The notes: generated from the sequence alone by a model not told the origin. A stretch of DNA of 64,000 nt from Patellaria atrata CBS 101060 (GCA_010093705.1 MU006089.1:942157-1006156); one strand, 5' to 3'; numbered from the stretch's first letter, positions 37,366 to 53,041 are shown. Program-made: numbers and translations.

Positions 37366-37850
37366 GATGGGGGATTAGACGATGAATCAATGAGCATCTT
37401 AGTAGAGCGTCATCCGACCATTTTAGTCTGGTGATGTGGTGCCTTCTGGAGTACATTTTCCTATGGCAGTCGCTTATTATTTACTGACAGCACAGGCACG
37501 TCACCACCGCCGAGCTTTAGATACGGGTCATCAAGAGCTGCTGTGGTTGAGTTGTCATCCAATTAGTCGTTTTAAGTGATTAGACATTTCCATAGTTCAC
37601 TTTAGATCCGTCTGTCATAGTTTGACGTCCAGATACATTATTGGATCAATTTTGTCTTGACAGACTGACAGTTGATGTTCAGTACCAAGATGTCGTCTGT
37701 CTCTTGGGCCCCCTGGCCCTTGGACGAATGCGGCAAGCTTCTACTTCGTAACAGCTGTTAACATCCTAATATAATCAATATATACACCTTTTAATTGACT
37801 TCTTTCTCAACAACCTCTCCTTTTTTTTTTGTGCATGCCCTCCATGTGGC

Positions 37851-40205
<2,355 letters not shown>

Positions 40206-40919
40206 TGGACTCATAAAATAAAGATGTTTGTATCCTTTACTCCTTATTATTTCATGCATAGTATTGCAAAGTCGCATCGGGTCGGTGTTGATGTACAGTT
40301 CTATTACTCAAAATCGAGCATCATCCCTTACGATACTTTGTATTCTATCAATGTATCGCAGGGCATAAGTAAAACTCGTAGATAGTGTTCAAGTGTTACA
40401 ATACTCTTATTACAAATTGACAGATTCTTTACTCGTCGTACTCTTTGTTAGCCACTTCAAGTTGGTTGACAGAGATGTACTTGACGTTTGCGTTGTTAAA
40501 TTCTGCTTCGACATCTTACTGCTCCTTATTGATGTTGGTCGTTTTGAAATACGTGATACTGATATGTTAAGGTCATGCTTCATTGTACGGCTTCAAGTCT
40601 GCAGCGTCCCTCTTGATCATTGTAAAGCTTTTTAACCACGTGGATGTTTAATGTAGGTCGAGGGACCCCCTATCAGCCGCAAAATCCCGATCCCGATTTT
40701 CGGCAATCCGATATTGTGGATTAACAGCTCGGGTCCGGTCCTCGTTACCTATCCGTCCCATTAACTTTATCACCTGTGGGCTTTACCTAGTCACATTGCC
40801 GGAACGTCCATTATCTCTACGCTGTTCACGAACAAACTGGTCATTTCCGAGTAATCACCCCACTAGTCCCTCGGTTGACCTTTAAATATCTTTCTTGGAT
40901 ACTTCCGCAGATCCCTCTC

Positions 40920-41060
40920 TCCCACATCCAACCTCAACTCCTTCTCCCCTATCCAACCTTTACTCTCATACATCTAACCTCTACTCTCATACATCCAACT
41001 TCTACATCCAACATCTACTCTCACACGTTCAACCTCCACTCTCTACGTCCGACCTCTACG
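40920..41060. repeat. Degenerate ~21-bp minisatellite (ctactctcatacatccaacct-like)
   Basis: About 6 imperfect tandem copies just upstream of the 41140 ORF. Confidence 0.65.
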
Positions 41061-41139
41061 CACTTCTCCTCGCGTACCCACCAAGTTTGATAACTGAGAA
41101 CCTTACTTTCGTCCTCAGCGAGACTTTACCCCAGCGATC

Positions 41140-42993
41140 ATGATGGATCTCCCGGCACATCATTTCATTGCCGGCAGGGTGTTCATGAGGGAGGAACTTA
41201 TGGACAAAGATTGGGATGCCATGACACGCGCACAGCAAAAGGCGCATTACAGAATGTTCGAAAATCCAAGATATCGAGGGATTCCTTTCGACTTTGAACG
41301 GTTCCAATACTCACTCAGACCCGAGAATTATCAGCTCGAGGGCGGAGATGTTGTTGTAGCTCTATCTGAACACCCTTCCGATCACCTGATCATTCATAGT
41401 GCGATTCTGAAGTCTCTGACATCTTTCGCCCCGACGTTCAACGAGACATGGAGCAAGCCCAATATCAACATTGATCATCCAAGGACAGGAAAGAGTGTAA
41501 AGATCTGGCGATTTGGCCTGGTACTAACGTCAGAGAAAGACGCCTTTCTCCTTGAGAATGGAAAGAATCCTTCGAAGGACCGCCAGCAATGCGACCAAGC
41601 CTGGTACACAGCTTACTTTCGCGCACAGCATCCAAAGGGCCGTCACTTTTTCCGGACCCAATATTCTCCATGGCGAGATACGCACAGAGGTGACCTTGAT
41701 GACGATGGAATATGGGGTGAATGGCTACAAGCATACGCAATCCGAGACCATAAGTTGTTGATACGCTTTTTGTACGACGCACCGGTTAGACCGTACTTCA
41801 ACAGGGGCACTATGGATGAGATAGCCTACTCCACTGCCAACGTAATCGCGTACGCAGACTTTTATGGTGGATTGGAGCTACTCGCACCGAGAATTACGAA
41901 GGCAATACTCGAAGTCGACGGTCTATGGCGGGACATTGCGAAATGTCCTAAATTTTGGCTGAGCCTGTCAACAAAGATTCGATGCGGACCTATATACGAA
42001 GACGCCCTCCGGCACTTTGTGCCCACTATCAACCGTACGTTTCTGAGAATTGAACTATCCCACCAAGGCGCCAGCCTGGATGACTGCAGTCCAGAGCTTT
42101 TTCTAGACTTGGAAGATGCAGACAAGTTCAAGCTTATCGTACTTAGCAAGTATGAACAGATGATGGAGGGCGTAAACATCCTCCGCCGAAAGCTGCTCCA
42201 AATCGGCTTCACTCCCGAGCCTCTGTACGGGAGGTTGAGATCAGGCCAGAAGACACCTGATATCAAGAAATACATCCCGTCAATTTTCCTCCATAAGGGA
42301 GCGTATAAATCGGAAAATGATAAGATGGAATTCGTGGCCAGGTCCCTCTACCTGGAATGGCTTACACACAGCCTCGACGGGCCGGATCGGCACGATGGCT
42401 CCCGGCAAGAGACCGACAACTCAGGAATGCTGAGGGCATTCTCAAAGACCTGCGGTACCCTCGAGAACGCCGGCATCGGGATCTTCGGGTACAGGGACCC
42501 AGCGGTGAAGATCAGCGCCATCTTTAACTTTGGTTACGCTAATAAAGAACCAAAGGTGAAGCCGGTGCTGGCCGGAAACCTGGCTCAGGCCCAGGAGGAA
42601 ATTGGGAGGTGGTTGGGACAGGACACGCGGCGTACGGCCACCGTCAGGAAGCTCCCTCGTTACACCGGCCCGGAGCTCCCGTACCGCTTCGTCGCGGCGT
42701 GTACCATCGCCGAACAGGACTACCTGTGGCATGGTCAGGACCAATGGATAGAGACTTCCATCGACGAGCAGCTCGGGGTTTCGGACCCCCCGGTTAACAA
42801 GGGGGATTTGGTACAGGCGAGCCCCGAGTGGATGATGGCCACCGGGTGCGGGGAGGTCGCGGACTGGTTGGAGAAGGGGGAGTGGGACGACGACTATGGT
42901 GGTGAACAATTTACACCATCAGCGGAGGAAGCCAGGAGGTTTCACCACAGCGAGGCGAGGCAACGCCTAATTGCGTTTCGAGCTCGCCCCTAG
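41140..42993 (+). CDS. Hypothetical protein with degenerate BTB/POZ-like N-terminal region; intronless
   Basis: 617-aa ORF; GDVVVAL...LIIHSAILK...F...W, then LLIRFLY...VIAYADFYG and IYEDALRH, a pattern typical of fungal BTB-like proteins. Confidence 0.7.
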   Translation: MMDLPAHHFIAGRVFMREELMDKDWDAMTRAQQKAHYRMFENPRYRGIPFDFERFQYSLRPENYQLEGGDVVVALSEHPSDHLIIHSAILKSLTSFAPTFNETWSKPNINIDHPRTGKSVKIWRFGLVLTSEKDAFLLENGKNPSKDRQQCDQAWYTAYFRAQHPKGRHFFRTQYSPWRDTHRGDLDDDGIWGEWLQAYAIRDHKLLIRFLYDAPVRPYFNRGTMDEIAYSTANVIAYADFYGGLELLAPRITKAILEVDGLWRDIAKCPKFWLSLSTKIRCGPIYEDALRHFVPTINRTFLRIELSHQGASLDDCSPELFLDLEDADKFKLIVLSKYEQMMEGVNILRRKLLQIGFTPEPLYGRLRSGQKTPDIKKYIPSIFLHKGAYKSENDKMEFVARSLYLEWLTHSLDGPDRHDGSRQETDNSGMLRAFSKTCGTLENAGIGIFGYRDPAVKISAIFNFGYANKEPKVKPVLAGNLAQAQEEIGRWLGQDTRRTATVRKLPRYTGPELPYRFVAACTIAEQDYLWHGQDQWIETSIDEQLGVSDPPVNKGDLVQASPEWMMATGCGEVADWLEKGEWDDDYGGEQFTPSAEEARRFHHSEARQRLIAFRARP

Positions 42994-44989
42994 TTCCGTC
43001 TCCTCGCGGCTCATGGTGAGCATCCGGTGGTCTCCCTTAGTTAAAGTACTGTACAGTAGACTTTCTTTTGGTTCGGTACGGGGACGAGGGGACAGAGTAC
43101 CAGCGAGAAAAGTGCAATTCATTTTAATGTAATCATAATATATGTACAGTAACTTCTACTCCAGTAGCTAGAAATCACACTCCTTCCACAGAAATCGATG
43201 TTATCCCACCCTGACAACATGACAACTACTTATTCCAGCCTAGCGAATCCCGACAACATCCACCGAAGCTTAGTCATCGGAATCGTCGATCAAATCCCCA
43301 ACTTCCCTCCCCTTCCACAGCAGCATGAGCAGATAAGTGTATTCCCGCTCCCCCAAAATCCCGCCGTGAACTTCGGTCTCCGCAACATACAGTTCTTCCT
43401 ACCCTCTTCTTATCCACGCTAGTGTGCAGGCGCGGAAGTACTTTAGAATCCCATTGAGAGAATTGCATGATGCAGAGATATCGATCCTTCCTTGATGTCG
43501 GAAGTGTGGCATGGCGGTACGGGGACGGAGATTTGGGGTTAGAGCTTCGCACTCCGCTCGGGGAAGGATGCCTGCTCGGGGTTCGACCGTATCTCGTTTT
43601 TCCTCGGGAATATATCGCGGGGGGGGGAGGGAGGGCCGGGTTAGATATGGCGATATTTCTAGCTATTGTATATGTTGGATACCCGCACCTTCAGTGAGAA
43701 GGGTCGTTGAAATTGTATGCTCGGATTGATGGGAGACGCTGTATGGACTTAAAGAGCAAAACGGTAATTCCTGCGAGAATTATCTAAGCTAGAATAATTC
43801 CCAGTATAGCAACTGGCAAATACTGGTAGAGATGGTGGGAGGATTCGTCGTATACACACCTCAAAATAACTGAAAGTGTTCGACGCTGAAGCACGATAGA
43901 GAGATGTCAAGAAATCAAAAATAAAACCTCAATCCCACCTCAGCTAATTTTCTCTCACCTCATATTCAATTCCAGTGAAAAATCTTTTGACAAATCCGTG
44001 ATATTCAAATTGGTAAGAGGTTAGGCTCTTATCTACAACAGAACTTGTGCGCGCGGTCTCTCGAAACGCCCTGTGTTCAATCCTCGGCGATTCCGTTTCA
44101 AAAATGGCGGGAGGGGACTCAGAGGATGGACAGCCGCTGAGAACGATGCGGAGGGGAGGGCCGTATCGAAGGAAATTTCCTTTTTTATTGTTATTTTTTT
44201 CACTCTTATTGTTCTCTTCTTTTCATTTCTTTTACTTAGGCCATAGTCTTTTTCTGTGTAAAGGAATTATAGGCGGGATAAGTGGAAGCGAAGGATATAG
44301 AGGGTCTTTCTTTTTTCAAAGGTCTAAGCAATGAAGTAACTGTGGACTCGATTAAGGTATAATAAATACTTCTCTTTCTTCATTATCCTATTGATCTACT
44401 CGTTATATTAAGATATCGCCGTCTTGGAGCAGTAATTAAAGTATACATATAACTTAAAGAGCTCTAGAAGGTAGGTGGTACGTGAAGATAAAGTGAAATT
44501 AACACGACGCCATGACGCAATAAGGCTGCTCGTAAGAATTGCTGACATCGGCGATGAAAAGTTCTAGAACAAACGTTTTGGCATTGGCGGGGTCCGCGGA
44601 TGAAGTCAAGCGGGTAAATAGAGATGAAGTAACTTCACGATGAGATAGAGATATATGAACGCTGGGAACGAGTATGAGTCAATAGTGGTTTGACTCCCAC
44701 GACAGTTGAGAGCAAACAAGCGTGTCTTGAGTATGTTTAAGGTAGAAAAGACTATTAAACTATTTACAGGCTGTGTACTAAGAGGTCGTAGTTGATAAAC
44801 ATAAATCCTAAAAGGGATGGTGTTGCACAGAAAGAAAGAATATATCCCAAAACCCCAGGTAAATGCTTAAAATGTGCCACTCTAGCACTGCTATGCAATA
44901 GATTTAACCACCATAAGGCTGAACGGATGATAGGAAAAGCACGAAAAGAGTGATTTGTACAACCAAAAATGTTGCACCCTTGAAGGGTC

Positions 44990-47007
44990 TCACCAATTAA
45001 CATGAAACCTGGGAGACGTTCGAATCCTCTCCCCGTAAAACTTGAAAATAACCGGAACCGGTAGTAGAGCGAGCATGATGAAACCTAGGAGACTGTTACC
45101 CCAACCCAAGCCCATAGCATCGTACATCTGCAGCGCGAAGAGGGGGAACACGGCGCCGAATAGGGACCGTAATACAGCATTCGCAGCCATTGCGGATGCA
45201 GCATGAATTGTGAATGCATCGATCAAGTACGCTTGAATCGTCAACTGGCCATCAGTTAGTACAGCATTCAAGAGGGATAGACCATGAAACCTAGGGGACT
45301 CACGAAAGCACAAAGCATGCCGAATCCGACCAACGCTGTTCCGATTATAGGAGCGATCCAGTGCACTTTGTACTCACACGTCCATCCGTACATGTAAAGC
45401 CCACCGGCGACAGAAAGAGTCCCAGGTATAGTTATGTAGAGGGGTAAACGGAGTTCAGGGAAAACACGCTCGCCCCGTGCTTTAGCTGTGCGGACGATTA
45501 GGTCGGTGCCTTTGCCTACAAGGGCGAGACCGATGAACATCCCTACGCCAATACCGATGAAAGTACTGGAATCCTTTAGTCCATTGTAATTAGATAGGAA
45601 GGTCGAATGCAGTAACTTACAGTCCAACTTGGCCGGATGAGAATCCGTATTGGCCTTCGAAGACGAACGTAAAGGTTGTGAAGAGGAGGTAGAGTACACC
45701 GTAGACTACTGCCATGTAGAGCGACGTCAAAGCGACAATAGGTGATCGAAAGAGCATCTTTGTCGGCCGGAAGATACTCCGTTTCCATAGCTCTTTACGA
45801 GTGATACCGCTATCTAGTTTCGATCGTAAAGCGTGGTTTCCGGTTTCTTTACGTAACTTTATAGCTTTCCGTTCCAGAATGATGGGAGCATATGTCTCGC
45901 GCATGACAAAGATGGAAAGGCAATTGATACCACCTGACTATAGAAAGGTTAGTTCAGATTGCTATAAAAACTTGAATATCGGGGTCTAGAGGAAACTTAC
46001 AACAATGACAATCACCCAAAACACCCATCGCCAGCCCTTCGCTTCTGTAAGGTACCCACCCGCAATAGGCGCGACAACAGGCCCCATCAATGGCCCCATA
46101 GCCCATATAGCCGTAGCACCACCACGTCGCTCCACAGGCATGAGATCATTAATCGTGCCGGCGCCAATCGTCAATGGTGCGGATCCTACAAGGCCCATGA
46201 AGAAGCGGAACACAACAAGCATGTCCATACTACTGCTTACAGCGCATGCAATAGAAAAGACAACGAATAGCGCGTTGGTAGCCTGATATAGTGGTAGACG
46301 ACCGTACATCTCGCTCAGAGGAGCAATAACGAGAGGACCAAAAGCGAAACCAAGAACGTAAACAGAAACGACGAATGTTGCTAGTTGTTGATCTGTGGTA
46401 TTGAAGTCTTCCATCACTTCTGGGACACCTGGTGCAAAGAATGACGAGCCCAAAGGGCTAAAGGGTTGTGTTAGTGATGTGTAAACTCTATTTCTAGTAC
46501 AAGTCTAATGAGATGATAGTATAAGAGGGAGCTGGATAAAAGAGACTACTGCTCAGGACGTAGATGTCAAACTCTATGAAATACTTGGGTTGGATATAGA
46601 CTTTACGGATGTACTTACGTCATGAAAGTAATCACGCTAAGTATCGCAATATTTGTCCATTTTCTCTTCTCGGTCCAATTCATCGGGTTGTGCGGATCTT
46701 GGTCACCATCCCACCAGACAATATTTGGCTCTGATGATGTGCTTTCAACTTTTTCTCTTTCTCTTGCAGCAGTTGGACCTGGCTGGACGAGCCCTTTCTC
46801 GGCATCCAGTGTAGCACCCTCGAGCTTGCTGGGATTGTCATCGTGGGAATCGGGCCGATTAGAATGCTCAACTTCATTTTTCAAAGAGTTCGAAGTGGAT
46901 TTATCTCCTTTTGTACCGCAGGAAGTGTTATGTTCCACACTGGAGACCCCATTTAGCTTAGAGTCGTCGAATGGTGTTCCACTCTGCCGCTCTTCTGGAA
47001 TGACCAT
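44990..47007 (-). CDS. MFS transporter, DHA1 (drug:H+ antiporter) family, 5 exons
   Basis: VWWDGDQDPHNPMNW..KKW, GPLVIAPLSEMYGR, GPLMGPVVAPIAGG, WRWVFW, RETYAPIIL, PELRL, YLIDAF..AASA. Confidence 0.93.
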
Positions 47008-48515
47008 GGAGGGCTTCTAAGCTCCTAAGAGAGTAATGTTAGTTTGAAATTTCGCTTAAGCATTATGCTGGTTCCGAAAGTTCTGGAGTAAGGATGTACG
47101 GGACTGAGAAGGAGTATATGTGTTGAAGTAGAGGACTAATATTGAAGGTGTATTAAATGCGTAGTTACAAGACAACTCACAGAAAAGAAACGATTAAATC
47201 TTCCGATAATTATATATAAATTTACTATAGTCTTTCTATAGAACAATCCACCAACTCAAACCAAGGCGCAAGGGCGAATAAGCAATGGCTAAGATTCGAG
47301 CTAAGACTCTGATGTCTTGCGTCTGACAACAGGAGGGAACCGAAAAATATGGGCTCGTGAGAGGTGGAGACAAAAGCCACAAAGCTTTCACATTGGACGT
47401 CTTCCTAAAAGGGAAAAGTAGTGGAAAGAATTAGAAGATACTTGAGAAAGTGAGGAAGAAGCTTATGTTGAGTACCGATGAACATTCTAAAGTCACGGCT
47501 ACTCCCAGATAGATATATTAACTCGTCTACTAGCTGTCTCAAAGACTCCATGTGCTGGTAAAGAAATGAACAATGATCTACGGGTCCTAGGTGCTAAATC
47601 CGGTGTAGCAGCAATGAAATATTTATGTCGTTGTGCGGGGTTATTTTAAAGTTATGTACGGTTATACACAAGTTATGCAGACTTCTAAGCACAAATACCT
47701 GCTGCTGGAACTTTTCCCATCCGAAAGCACCATACCCACGAATCAGCGAGAATCGTAGAACGGGGAATCGGATAGTATATAATCCCGACTCCCGCTTGCC
47801 GCTCTCAGATATCAGGTTCAGAATTATTTCTTCCCCTTTTCAAGCAGGCAGAGGAGCGATTTGCGCTTACGACTCCCGTTGGATCTAATGTTGACGTCCG
47901 GCTCATAGCATCCGAATCTGCTGAACGAGGTTAAACGGAGTTAGCGATTATTCAAAAGGAGCATGAACCCGAACGTGTGTATGATCCTCACCCTAAGCTA
48001 GTGTGGAGATATAAACTGTTAGATTTTCGCATATATACTCGTATCGTGCCTAGGGAATTGATGAGCATCCAGACAACTCAATTTAATACCTTTAAAGTTC
48101 GATCAAACGTCGTATGATACCTTTGTATTCAATGATAATAAAATAATCGCTCGTAACGTGATGGTACTGGTTGGGTCTTGCTTCACACCAACTGGTCAGT
48201 TGACAACATTGTCGGATTGTTTGCAGACTGAATCTGCTAAATAAAATGAGAAAAGCTTCCTACAGCATCACGGAATCACCTTTGGTTCTCTATTTACACA
48301 CCACACATCAGTTAATTTGCAGAACAGAACTATAGGATCTCAGAGGATAGAGTACGCTACATCACACTACTTCACGAACCGAAGCTCATATGGTACTGTT
48401 TGGCGTACGAAACTAATCCCATTGAGAATTTCGAACCTGTAGAATACTATTCTGGCAACACCTGCTAATACCGAGGAGTGTGTCCAAACGTCAAAATTGA
48501 ATTCATAACTTTTCT

Positions 48516-49789
48516 TTAAGCATAGCCCTTTAGGACTGCAGCCTCTGCATTTAATATAGATGAACCAGCAGCACCGATTATAGCTATCATCTTGATTAGC
48601 ACATCGCTCTTGCTTGTTTGAAAAATACGTACTGTTATGACTCAGCGCAACAAATTTGATGTCGAATATGCCACTCTCATCTTCCCTTACTCTTCCAACA
48701 CTGACGGCATAACCCCGATCGGTTTCCCGATCTAGCCGTGGTTGAGGCCTATCCGGTTCTTCCATGACTACAATAGCGCTTCGTGGAGCAGATGGACAGC
48801 ATAAATCCTGGGCTTCTGATACGTACTCCCTCATTGCTTGTTTCACCTGCTCCGCAGTTGGAGGTGGTCGGTCAACGAACCGTAAAGATACACATGCTGT
48901 ATGTCCGTCTAGAACTGGAACTCTATTGCATGCGGCAGAGACTTTGAGGTGTTGATCCTCAAAGCCTGTTACACTCTCATTAAGTGATCCTAGGATCTTT
49001 GAAGCCTCCGACTCCAGTTTGTCTTCCTCCCCAGAAATGAATGGAACAACATTGTCTATAATATCCATGCTGCTTACCCCTGGATAGCCCGCTCCAGAAA
49101 CTGCTTGCATAGTGACGACACTGACATATTCCACAGGACCAAATTTTGCTTGTAGTGCTGCGAATGGTATGACAATTCCAATGACGGCGCAGTTGGAGTT
49201 GCAAACCAGAAAACCTTTGTCCAATCCGTAATGCTTTCGCTGATGTTCAATTACATTTAAGTGATTGAGGTTTACCGTGGGGACAACCAGGGGAACAATA
49301 GGATCGCGGCGATAGTTTTTCGCATTGGAAAAGACACAGAGGTTTGCTTTCAGGAACGCCATTTCTGCATACAGTAATTAAAATTGAACCTTATCTCTGA
49401 GACGTAGATTATTATACTAACCTACGTCTCCAGCAACATCGCTGTCGAGCCCTGAGAATATGATATCACACCCGAGGAACTCTTCAGGGACACAACGCTT
49501 CACCACTAGATCTCCTAGCGTCTGCGACATATTCTGAGACTGTTTCCAGTTTGCAGCATCTTTATATTTCTTGCCAGCGGATCGTTCCGAAGCTCCAACG
49601 GCATGAAGCATGAAGTGAGGATGGTTTGCTAGTAGAAGAATAAAACGTTGGCCTACAGAGCCTGTTGCACCTAATACGCCTAGAAACCTAGGAGTCAGAG
49701 GCAAATATTGGTAAATTTGCAGGATCAAACATACCGCATTTCTTTTTCGGAAAGTCCCGACTTACTGCCGTAAACCCTAGAACGTCCAT
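48516..49789 (-). CDS. HOM2: Aspartate-semialdehyde dehydrogenase (4 exons)
   Basis: [72 protein letters not shown]. Confidence 0.96.
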
Positions 49790-50126
49790 TATGAAATTCT
49801 GAATCAATTGAGAGGCTTCGTGTTGTTTTGGTGTTTTAGAGTCATAGAGCACTCAAGAAACGTCACAATGCTGTTGTTACTAGAATTTGACGTGGGGACA
49901 GATCCGACGAATCAGATCACTGAACCCTTCGTCCCCGATGCTCGGGGCAGGGACAGATCTACGCCTTACGCCCCCGCCGGGGTCCCCACCCCACCATTAG
50001 TAGCGGGATAGGGGCCGGTTTGCGTGGACCGGGTTACAGTTGAGAATGATTGAAAAACTTCATCCATAGATCCTGCTAATGTTAAGTCTGTTCTCTTCCG
50101 ACGTTTCTCTAGACCATTCACAAATT

Positions 50127-51188
50127 ATGCCTGCACGTATTACTCCTCTGATCACTTGTTTGATGTTAGACACCAGGAACCTATGGCCTGGTCAGAAGAT
50201 CGATGATGCCGTAGGATTTATAAAGCAAACATTTGATTTGGGATCTACTAATCATACCTAGGCCTCTGATGTACTCCAGCTACTAGACCCTGAGGAGCAA
50301 AGGAAGGCTCGGGGCATGCTACAGATTAAAGATGCGAGAATGGTTGTTGCTTCAGCGCTTATCAAACGTTATTACATCTCTAAAACCCTCGGTATCCCGT
50401 GGAAAAGCATCCTATTTGGCCGCAGACCAGATCCGGTACACGGCAAACCTTGCTACTTACCGGAAGACGGAAGTGAATCCCCAATAGAATTCAATGTCTC
50501 CCATCAGGCCGGAATCGTGGTTCTAGTGGGCTGTGAGAGATCGGAGGCCGAACTCGGGGTAGATATCGTGTGTGTAAACGAGCGGGATGACTATCGTATC
50601 ATCGATTCTGAAGGCCTCAACGGCTGGGTGAATATGTTTGAACAATTCTTTTCCCCCGAAGAAGTATGGGATATGTCGTATAACGTCGACACTTTCCAAC
50701 TCCTGGATGGAGTGGACATTACCCCTGACGAGCTTGGAAGACACGACCGATGCTGTACTAGAGGCAGGGAATTGACTGTTGACTTGAAAAATGGACAGCA
50801 AAGAACTTTCAACTCCGATCTGCTCATCGATGCAAAACTCAGGCGATTTTATACCTTCTACTGCCACAAAGAAGCATATATCAAGCTGACCGGCGAAGCA
50901 ATGCTCGCGGATTGGCTTCAGGAACTGGAATTTCGAAATGTTAGGTCTCCAAAGCCTGGGACGGTCGCGAGATGCTCTACTCACGGTCGCTGGGGAGAAA
51001 AGGCCAATGATGTAGAGGTGTGGCTCCATGGCAGAAGGGTGGAAGATGTGAAGATGGAGATCCAAGCATTCGAGGAGGACTTCATGATATCCATAGCAGC
51101 GAGACCCGCTTCCAAGTTCGAGGGAGAGGACATGCCGACGTTTCAAAACATATCAGTTGAGGATATAATTTCAGTAGGTACAAGTTAA
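50127..51188 (+). CDS. npgA: Sfp-type 4'-phosphopantetheinyl transferase (Lys5/NpgA/Ppt1), 2 exons
   Basis: HGKP, FNVSHQAG, LGVDIV, FY...KEAYIKLTGEA; intron about 50211-50261. Confidence 0.92.
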
Positions 51189-52060
51189 GCAGGATCACAC
51201 TGATACCTGTTCTTCCAAGATACTAAACTATTCCGGTTAAGAAATAAACGCATCAAACTACATCATATTCAGAAGATTATTGAACGGTACTCGTTTAGTA
51301 TGATAGATTGGTTCAGCGCTCGAACACTATACTTCGGCCAAAATGAAGTTGTGTATTACGAGCATCTACTTTAAGGCACAAGCAACCATTGTGTATTACT
51401 ACCTTGGGACAAGGGATAGCATCCCTCCGCATGTTAGAAAAGTTTTCGCCTACCGTACGGTTCCCCTCAAGACAGTCTCTGAACTTTCCTGTACCGGAGA
51501 GGAAGAATCTAAGAGGCGTTCTAGCAGTACCGGCAAACGAAAAGTGCAGATATGCTTGCCGTATCCCTACTTTCTATGGGGTCTCTCACTCGATTATGGA
51601 GTAAATGAGAGAATGTAGGGAGGGTCCTTACTTGTATGTACGGCTTAACAGTACAGATAGTTGAGGTTGCTTTATAATGTGAAGCTATGATCTTCCAGTA
51701 GCTGTCCAGCGATTGTATAAAAGCCGAGGGGTAGTCCATCCAAGAAATACTGCTCACTAAATTGAACATATCTCACCTCGATCCGAGAAAATATTACATA
51801 AGAGCTACAATTATCTCTGTACCGACTTGATCTGTATATTATTTGACACTGCAGACACAAGGTGGCTATTAGGAACATATAAAGCACAAGGGACAAATGG
51901 ATATGGGTTGCTCTCGTGGTTCTTTCTTACTGCCAGTAATATCGTACCTTGAACGTAACAACACCTGTAGGAAAAATGTTGATATTTTTCAACAATGTAT
52001 CTTGGCATAACTGTTGCGCTTTGTACTTAATTCTTCTGCTGTGATGGTGGCTGAGCCAGG

Positions 52061-53041
52061 TTATCGTAACAGCGCGATTTGATCTTCTTTCGACAATCCT
52101 AAGAGATACAGGACATCGGTAAGACTTGTTGTGTTCAATCTCGCAGGTGCCTCCACCTGGACTTTCGGCTTTGCATGAAAAGCTACACCAAGACCAGCAA
52201 CGCTCATCATAGGAAGGTCATTGGCACCATCTCCTACCACTAAACTTTGCTCAAGTAGTATTTCCTCCTTTTTGGCTATCTCAATGACATGCTGTCGTTT
52301 CTGCTCCGCATGTACTATGTCACCTTCTACCTCACCAGTCAACGTCTGCCCATCGGCACTGACGGTAAGGTGATTCGCAAAGAAATAGTCCAGACCAAGG
52401 TCAGTCGCGAGCCAAGATGCTAAAGGTGTAAATCCACCGCTGAGAACAGCTGTCTTATAGCCCAACCTCTTCAAGGATTTGATTAAGTTCCTCGCACCTG
52501 GGGTTAGAGTAATTCGAGGCTTCAGGTCTTCCCAGACTGTGCTTGGGATGCCCTTGAGAAGCCCGCACCGTTCGCGGAGCGAGGCGGTGAAATCAAGCTC
52601 CCCGTTCATGGCTCTCGCGGTGATAGCAGATACCTTGTCCTCGACCCCTATTACCTTTGCGATTTCGTCGATGACCTCTTGCTGGATCAACGTGCTGTCC
52701 ATATCGAAAATTGCGAGGCGCTTATGTCTTCGATATACGGTCTCACTTTGATAGACTACCTCAACACCCCATTCCTTTTCAAAAACTAAGCTCTTTTCAT
52801 GGGTTCGGAGTTTTCGTGAAGTTAGGGTCGAGTTTGGGGGGACGGTGAATTGTACCTCGATGACAAAAGGATCGTCATGCTGGCTGAGTACGCGAAAAGA
52901 ACCGGGCGCGCAAATAGCTTCGATATCAATCGCAACTAGAGTATTGATAAAATCTTCAGCGCTTGGGAGGAGAGGAATCTTGTCATGGCTAGGTCCTTGT
53001 GCCGGGGATGATGAAAAAATGGTCGCTACAAAACCGGACAT
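52061..53041 (-). CDS. SER2: Phosphoserine phosphatase (HAD family)
   Basis: FDMDSTLIQQEVIDE, ITARAMNGELDF, LSGGF, VGDGANDLPM. Confidence 0.94.
   Translation of the reverse strand: MSGFVATIFSSSPAQGPSHDKIPLLPSAEDFINTLVAIDIEAICAPGSFRVLSQHDDPFVIEVQFTVPPNSTLTSRKLRTHEKSLVFEKEWGVEVVYQSETVYRRHKRLAIFDMDSTLIQQEVIDEIAKVIGVEDKVSAITARAMNGELDFTASLRERCGLLKGIPSTVWEDLKPRITLTPGARNLIKSLKRLGYKTAVLSGGFTPLASWLATDLGLDYFFANHLTVSADGQTLTGEVEGDIVHAEQKRQHVIEIAKKEEILLEQSLVVGDGANDLPMMSVAGLGVAFHAKPKVQVEAPARLNTTSLTDVLYLLGLSKEDQIALLR

Noticed and set aside
47008..47130. Possible HOL1-type polyamine uORF (PS-stop) upstream of the DHA1 MFS gene
   Set aside because: The only nearby ATG lies in a likely 5'-UTR intron and does not give a PS/PP-stop peptide.
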